Shown here one piece after another: positions 58,586-64,000 of a DNA stretch of 64,000 bases (position 1 is its first letter; each line of letters starts with the position of its first letter). The stretch covers positions 2,962-66,961 of the forward strand of contig CAYRLJ010000003.1 of the NCBI GenBank assembly GCA_964425025.1, read 5' to 3'. This DNA comes from an uncultured Burkholderia sp. Lineage in GTDB: Bacteria; Pseudomonadota; Gammaproteobacteria; Burkholderiales; Burkholderiaceae. The position numbers and the translations under genes are program-made. The notes under the pieces are model-generated. The model ran no database searches and was not told the origin of the DNA. It saw only the letters and a list, made by a program, of their open reading frames with translations.

Positions 58586-59251
58586 ATGGTGACGCTGTAC
58601 GACACGCTTGGCGTGCACGAAGACGCCTCAGACGACGAAATCAAGCGCGCGTACCGAAAGGCCGCGATGCGAGCGCATCCCGATCGCAACCGGGGTCGGG
58701 AGGCTGCGGCGCATGATGCCTTCCAGGAAATCAAGCAGGCTTACGCGATCCTGTCCGACCCGGAGCAACGGCGCATCTACGACGAGGTGTTCGCCAAGGA
58801 AATGGGCAAGCTGCGCGAGCACGAGGAACGAGAGGCGCGCGCGGTACGCGAACGGGCCGAGCGCGAAGCGCGTGCGGAGCGAGAGCGGTACGAGAAATTC
58901 GTGGCAAAGGCCATGCGCTACGCCGAGCGCGGGCACAATCGCGACGTCGTATTCGGCGTCTTGCTCGGTCGCGGATGCGACGAAGCGCTGGCGGCCCGCA
59001 TCGCGGACAGCGTCGCGGCGTTTTCCGCCGCGCGCCAGCAGTCGGCATCCGAGCGCGATGCCGCGGCGTCGAGCCGAACTGACGATCCGGCGCACGCCAC
59101 CGATGGCGCTCGCGGCGATGGGCCGGCACGGCCGTCGGCACCGTCATCGTTGCATCGAGCGCAGGAAGAGCCGCCCGTGCCGGATGAATCGGCCGCGCCT
59201 GCGGGCCTATTCACGACGCTCTGGCACGGGGTTTTCGGCCTGCGCTCGTAA
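58586..59251 (+). CDS. J-domain protein
   Basis: LYDTLGV..IKRAYRK..HPD..AYAILSD. Confidence 0.9.
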   Translation: MVTLYDTLGVHEDASDDEIKRAYRKAAMRAHPDRNRGREAAAHDAFQEIKQAYAILSDPEQRRIYDEVFAKEMGKLREHEEREARAVRERAEREARAERERYEKFVAKAMRYAERGHNRDVVFGVLLGRGCDEALAARIADSVAAFSAARQQSASERDAAASSRTDDPAHATDGARGDGPARPSAPSSLHRAQEEPPVPDESAAPAGLFTTLWHGVFGLRS

Positions 59252-59362
59252 AGCCGATTTGGCGCGTGAGCGAACGCGTGTTCGAAGCCGGGCAGCGGGC
59301 GATTGCGGCTGGCAGTTCGTTGCCGGTCCCGCCCGTCTCGCCCGTCTCGCTCCATTCATTCG

Positions 59363-60208
59363 CTACGACGAAAAATCGGTCGACGTCGACAGTGACTCCC
59401 ATGCATCGATTTGCGCGCGCAACGCGTCGAGCTTTTCGCGTGCGCGCGAAACGGCATCGCGGCCGAGCAGCAAATGCACGGGCGGGTTGTCCGATGCGAC
59501 GATCTCTAGAATCGCGCGTGCCGCCTTGACCGGATCGCCGGGTTGCTTACCGCTGATCTCCCGACGACGTTCGCGCACGGGATTGAACACGGCGTCGTAG
59601 TCCGCGATGGAGCGCTGCGCACGTACCATCGAGCGGCCGGCCCAATCCGTGCGGAATGCGCCGGGCGCGACCGCCGTCACTTTGATGCCGAGGCCGGCCA
59701 CTTCCTGAGCCAGGCTCTCCGAAATGCCCTCCAGCGCAAATTTAGTGCCGTGATAAGCGCTCAGGCCCGGTAGCGTGATGTAGCCGCCTACCGAGGTGAT
59801 GTTGACGATGTGCCCGTGTTTGCGGCGGCGCATGTAGGGCAGCACCGCCTGCGTCATGGCGACGGCGCCGAAGACGTTGACATCGAATTGCTTGTGCCAG
59901 TCGGCCAGCATCGATTCTTCGAGAATGCTTTCATATCCGTATCCGGCGTTATTGACGAGCACGTCGATCGCGCCGACTTTGCCTTCGACATCGGCGATGG
60001 TATCGGCGATCGCATCGGTATGCGTTACGTCGAGCAGTTTGCCGATGGCGCGGCCGGGGCCGAGCAGTTCGAATTCGCCGAGCGCGGCTTGGTCGCGTAA
60101 CGTCCCGACGACGCGGTGGCCGTCGGCCAGGGCTTGCTGCGCGAGCGCGCGGCCGAAACCGCTGCTGACGCCCGTGATGAGGAACACCTTGCTTTGCGTA
60201 ATAGACAT
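59363..60208 (-). CDS. Short-chain dehydrogenase/reductase
   Basis: TGVSSGFG, NNAG, YHGTK. Confidence 0.95.
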   Translation of the reverse strand: MSITQSKVFLITGVSSGFGRALAQQALADGHRVVGTLRDQAALGEFELLGPGRAIGKLLDVTHTDAIADTIADVEGKVGAIDVLVNNAGYGYESILEESMLADWHKQFDVNVFGAVAMTQAVLPYMRRRKHGHIVNITSVGGYITLPGLSAYHGTKFALEGISESLAQEVAGLGIKVTAVAPGAFRTDWAGRSMVRAQRSIADYDAVFNPVRERRREISGKQPGDPVKAARAILEIVASDNPPVHLLLGRDAVSRAREKLDALRAQIDAWESLSTSTDFSS

Positions 60209-60336
60209 CGATGCCTCCAGACGGAACTGAAATGAAGTCGCTGCCTATGCTACGGCAAGCGCGCATTGTCTGTGCGTCGTGAGCGCAACAACGGTGCCGT
60301 TACCCCGGGGCGCTGAGCGAAGCGGTCCCAACCGGC

Positions 60337-63300
60337 CTAGATCACTAAGCGGGAGTGACCGATTCCGGCTCCCTTCTCGACTCTGATTTGCGTCGCGATA
60401 CGCTCTTTGAGGCCGCCGACGTGGCTGATGACACCAATCATTTTGCCGCTGGCGTTGAGCGTGTCCAATGCATCGAGTGCGATTTCCAACGTATCGCCGT
60501 CCAGTGTGCCGAAGCCCTCATCGAGAAACAGCGATTCGATCGAGGCCTTGTGGCTCACCAGGTCCGACAACGCTAAAGCCAGTGCAAGGCTGACCAGGAA
60601 GCTTTCGCCACCGGATAGCGTGCGCGTATCGCGCGTGACGTCCGCTTGCCATCCGTCGACGATCTCCAACTCGAGTTCACCCGCGCATTTCCGACGGAGC
60701 AGATAGCGCGCATGCAGCCGATCCAGATGCTTGTTCGCCAACCTCAGGAGGTGGTCAAGCGTGAGGCCCTGCGCGAATTTTCGGAATTTGTCGCCTTTGG
60801 CCGAGCCGATTAGGGAATCAAGACGCTGCCATACATCCGATTCCTTCGTTTGCTCTTCGATCTGTGTGAAAAGGGCTTGCTGATTCGCACGCAGGGCATC
60901 GTCTCGAGTCAGCAGCTCGCGCTTTGCGCCCAGTTGCTCGTTGATCGACGTAGTCTGCGCCTCGGCCGCATCAAGCTGTGCGTTCAGTTCGCCCAGCGTC
61001 GCTTCCGTCAGAACCGTTGCCCCGAGACGGGCGAGCTTGTCTTGCGCGGACTGAAGCAGCGCAACGGCCGACTGCTTATTTTGTTCGTGCTGCAGCTTGA
61101 TATCCCGTAGCCGTTGACGTTCCTGCGGCGGTAGCAAGGCGGCGAGAAACGCGGCGGCGTCGGCAAATGGGCTCTGCTCGATCGCGGCTTGCCAGTCTGC
61201 GGTTGCTTCCATGACCGCAGCGCGTTGCTGCGCCAGCGCACCTTCAAGTTGACTCGTGCGCCCATCCAGTGTCGCCAATTCCGAAGCTAATTTTTCAACC
61301 CGAAGTGCGCAAGCCGGCAGCGCTTGCGCGGGATCGCCGATGGCGGATAGATCGATGACCTCGCGCTCGCCTTCGTTTTCCAAGTGCGTAGCATTGGCAT
61401 CGCCGGCAAGGGCACGCAGCTTCTCTCTCCACGACGCCAATTCGGACCGAGACGCCTCGCATCGTGCCGTATGGCGAATGCGTTCCTGCGACAATGCCTG
61501 CAGGCGCTGCTGCGTGCTCTGCCACTTTTGCCACTCGCCCTCGCGCGCTTTCAGCCAGACGTGCGCATCAACCGGCATGTCGTTCTGCTCGATTCCCGCT
61601 TCGCGAATCGATGTGAGAAGTTGACCCTCGTAGCTTTCGAGCCCAACGCGCAGATCCGCGATTTCCTGGCGGAGTTCCGCTTGGCGCTCCGTCATCGCTT
61701 GTACGGACTTCTCCACGACGGCGTACGCGCTTCGCGCTTCCTGAAGCGCATGGTGACGTTGCGCGCTCAACTCGCGTCCATGCTTTAGCTCGTCTTCAGC
61801 CCTCTCGGCTGCGACGAGCGTCTGCTTCAGGTCGGCGGCAATGCGTTCAGCGCACTCGCGTCCTTCTTCAAGCATGTTCGCTTGCGACCAATCTGTCGGT
61901 TCGATCGGCCTACTGGAGTTCAGTGTCGCTGCGAGTTCTCTCCAGGTTTGCTGGCTGAGTTCGGTTTGCGCGAGAAGGCGCTTTTGGCGTGCACTGTGCT
62001 GTTCCTTTCCCGCGCGACTTGCTGCGAGCAGTTGATCGACTTCACGGATCTGCTGAACGGACGACCGTACTTTATCCTCGAGCGCCCGCAGCGCACTTTC
62101 GGTCGCGGATACGTCGATCGCTGCATACGCTGCGATGGCCGGATGATCGCGCGAACCGCAGAGTGGGCAAGCCTCATCGGACTGCAGCCGGTCGCGGTGG
62201 TCAGCGAGGCTGCGAATAATCTGCTCTTGCTCGAGGAGCTTTTGTTTATCGGTCGCTTGAATGCCCAGCGCTTCGCTATCGTTGTGCAGCGCCTTGAGTT
62301 TTGTTTCGCGTTCCGCAATCTCTGTCTCGGCGGTTTGCAATGTCGTTGCAAGCGATTGCAGTTCGCCGGCCTGCTCGCGCCGCAGCCTCGCCAGGTCTTC
62401 CAGCTTGTGCCATCGATTGAGGAGAGTCTGCGCGGCTTCGCAATGTTCACGCAGCCCAACGAGTGTGTTGCCGGCCAGGCGTTGCTGCTGGGCGGCGATA
62501 AGCGCTTTGACGTGCGCATCCGATTCGGCAGCCGCTTGTGTGGCGAGTTCGACGGCGCTCGTCTGACGCGTAAGCGTTTCGCGCTCATCGGAGACCTTCG
62601 TCTCCAACTCGCTTTGCGTCTTTTCTCGTCCTTTGATGTCGGCGTACGTTTTCCGCCGCTGTTCGAATTGTTGGCGCCAAGCACCTATTCGCTCGCCGAG
62701 TGCCTCGTGACGCGTGTTGTCGGCGCAATAAGCGTCAAGGCCGCGTTTCTCGGCTTCGAGCGCTTGCAGTAAATCGTGGGCTTCACCGGCAACGCGCTCG
62801 GCGAGTTGGACGGCCAGACCGTGTTCGCGGTGCTGTGCCGACGTCGTCTCCTGCCGATTGCATCGCAGCGTATTCAGATCGCTTTCTGACTTGAGAACGT
62901 TGCCTTCGGCGCTGCGCAAAGCGTCGAATTTTGGTCGCAACGCTTCTGCCGGTTCGCTCGATGCGAGTCGAGCGAGGTCGTTCGCCACGGCGTCGAGCGC
63001 GTTATTTGCTTTCGCAAGGCGGTCTTGCGAAAGCTTCACATCGGTATCTGCCTGAGACAAGTCGACGCGCCACTGGCGATGCTCCCGAAGCAGCCTTGAG
63101 TGGGTGTTGACGCTGTCGCGCTGGGTGACGAGCGTTGCGATTTCCTGTCGCGTGGCGTCTCGTTGCTCTGCCGTCAACAAATCCATGCCGTCGGCCCGCG
63201 CGCGAAGCTGTTTGAGCGTGTCTCTCGCCGCCGCGGCTCGCTCGAACACCCGGCGCGAGATTTCCCCGTAAATTTCGGTGCCCGTCAGTTCTTCGAGCAA

Positions 63301-63810
63301 TTCGGCACGGTCATTCGCGCTTGCGTTCAGAAAAGCCGCAAAGCCCCCTTGAGCGAGCAGCATCGAGCGGGTGAAACGCGGAAAGTCGAGGCGTGTAATC
63401 TCCGCTATACGCTTTAGCTTTTCGCTGACGTGGCTCGTCAAAATGGTGCCGTCGCCTTTCGCTAGCTCGACGCGCGGCTGCTGTAGTGCACCGTCAACCT
63501 TGTCGCGGGCGCGCCGTTGGCTCCAAAACGCGCGATACACCTCTCCCCTTACCTCGAAGACAACTTCCGCGAGGCAATCGGCCGTGTGGCGCGTCATGAT
63601 GTCGTTCGCCGAAGCGGAAACGGTCTTCAGTCGAGGCGTTTCGTGATAGAGCGCGAGGCAAATCGCATCTAGAAGCGTCGATTTGCCCGCGCCGGTCGGG
63701 CCGGTGATCGCAAAGAGGCCGTTGTCCGAAAAGGGCGGCTTCGTGAAGTCGATTTGCCACTCGCCTTTCAGCGAGTTCAAGTTCTTGAGACGAAGGCTGC
63801 GAATCTTCAT
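60337..63810 (-). CDS. sbcC: SbcC (Rad50-like) nuclease ATPase subunit
   Basis: [26 protein letters not shown] zinc hook, [14 protein letters not shown]. Confidence 0.95.
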   Translation of the reverse strand: MKIRSLRLKNLNSLKGEWQIDFTKPPFSDNGLFAITGPTGAGKSTLLDAICLALYHETPRLKTVSASANDIMTRHTADCLAEVVFEVRGEVYRAFWSQRRARDKVDGALQQPRVELAKGDGTILTSHVSEKLKRIAEITRLDFPRFTRSMLLAQGGFAAFLNASANDRAELLEELTGTEIYGEISRRVFERAAAARDTLKQLRARADGMDLLTAEQRDATRQEIATLVTQRDSVNTHSRLLREHRQWRVDLSQADTDVKLSQDRLAKANNALDAVANDLARLASSEPAEALRPKFDALRSAEGNVLKSESDLNTLRCNRQETTSAQHREHGLAVQLAERVAGEAHDLLQALEAEKRGLDAYCADNTRHEALGERIGAWRQQFEQRRKTYADIKGREKTQSELETKVSDERETLTRQTSAVELATQAAAESDAHVKALIAAQQQRLAGNTLVGLREHCEAAQTLLNRWHKLEDLARLRREQAGELQSLATTLQTAETEIAERETKLKALHNDSEALGIQATDKQKLLEQEQIIRSLADHRDRLQSDEACPLCGSRDHPAIAAYAAIDVSATESALRALEDKVRSSVQQIREVDQLLAASRAGKEQHSARQKRLLAQTELSQQTWRELAATLNSSRPIEPTDWSQANMLEEGRECAERIAADLKQTLVAAERAEDELKHGRELSAQRHHALQEARSAYAVVEKSVQAMTERQAELRQEIADLRVGLESYEGQLLTSIREAGIEQNDMPVDAHVWLKAREGEWQKWQSTQQRLQALSQERIRHTARCEASRSELASWREKLRALAGDANATHLENEGEREVIDLSAIGDPAQALPACALRVEKLASELATLDGRTSQLEGALAQQRAAVMEATADWQAAIEQSPFADAAAFLAALLPPQERQRLRDIKLQHEQNKQSAVALLQSAQDKLARLGATVLTEATLGELNAQLDAAEAQTTSINEQLGAKRELLTRDDALRANQQALFTQIEEQTKESDVWQRLDSLIGSAKGDKFRKFAQGLTLDHLLRLANKHLDRLHARYLLRRKCAGELELEIVDGWQADVTRDTRTLSGGESFLVSLALALALSDLVSHKASIESLFLDEGFGTLDGDTLEIALDALDTLNASGKMIGVISHVGGLKERIATQIRVEKGAGIGHSRLVI

Positions 63811-64000
63811 ACCGCGTCCTCCGCGGTCGAAGCCACAATCGTTCGATAGCGTTCGGTGAGCGCTTCGCGGAGTTCTTCGGTTAGCGCTTCCTGCTCGAGC
63901 CGTCGAGCGAAGACGTCGTGCGGATCCAGTTCGTCGAGTGTGACGCCCGATTCGGCGCTCAGTTGGGCTGCGGCATTGCCTCGCTCGCGGCGAATGCGCA
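63807..64000 (-). CDS. sbcD: SbcD C-terminal part (gene runs off the window)
   Basis: [26 protein letters not shown]; stop overlaps the sbcC start (ATGA). Confidence 0.8.
   Translation of the reverse strand, partial: RIRRERGNAAAQLSAESGVTLDELDPHDVFARRLEQEALTEELREALTERYRTIVASTAEDAV

Noticed and set aside
60337-64000. Novel SMC-like defence system
   Set aside because: Motifs and the coupled upstream gene match ordinary SbcCD
1-64000. CRISPR array, tRNA, rRNA or intact IS element
   Set aside because: No regularly spaced identical repeats, cloverleaf or rRNA-like sequence, or transposase ORF detected by eye

Overview
GC-rich betaproteobacterial (Burkholderiaceae-like) chromosomal window with about 55 genes and no rRNA, tRNA or CRISPR array seen. 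From the left: two stand-alone receiver proteins plus a KaiC-like double ATPase, then a LysR-controlled 2-ketoarginine/4-guanidinobutyrate catabolic operon (aruI, aldehyde dehydrogenase, gbuA) with two ABC transporters. Next is a ~13 kb accessory island (15.3-28.4 kb) headed by a decayed small tyrosine recombinase. Its cargo modules are an aromatic-degradation/LysR/pirin block, an extra lspA, and an RloC-like zinc-hook ATPase-HEPN gene paired with a ChaC-like gamma-glutamylcyclotransferase; each appears bracketed by degenerate ~30 bp palindromic sites. Further right are mixed metabolic/transport genes, a sigma28-preceded GGDEF/EAL gene, a cluster of two paralogous lipoproteins with a PraB-like protein and OmpW, argO/argP, a Septu-like ATPase+HNH pair without reverse transcriptase, and sbcC with the 3' end of sbcD. 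The best leads are the recombinase/palindromic-site cassette island and the ATPase-HEPN + ChaC pair. All family calls come from motif recognition by eye, not database searches.
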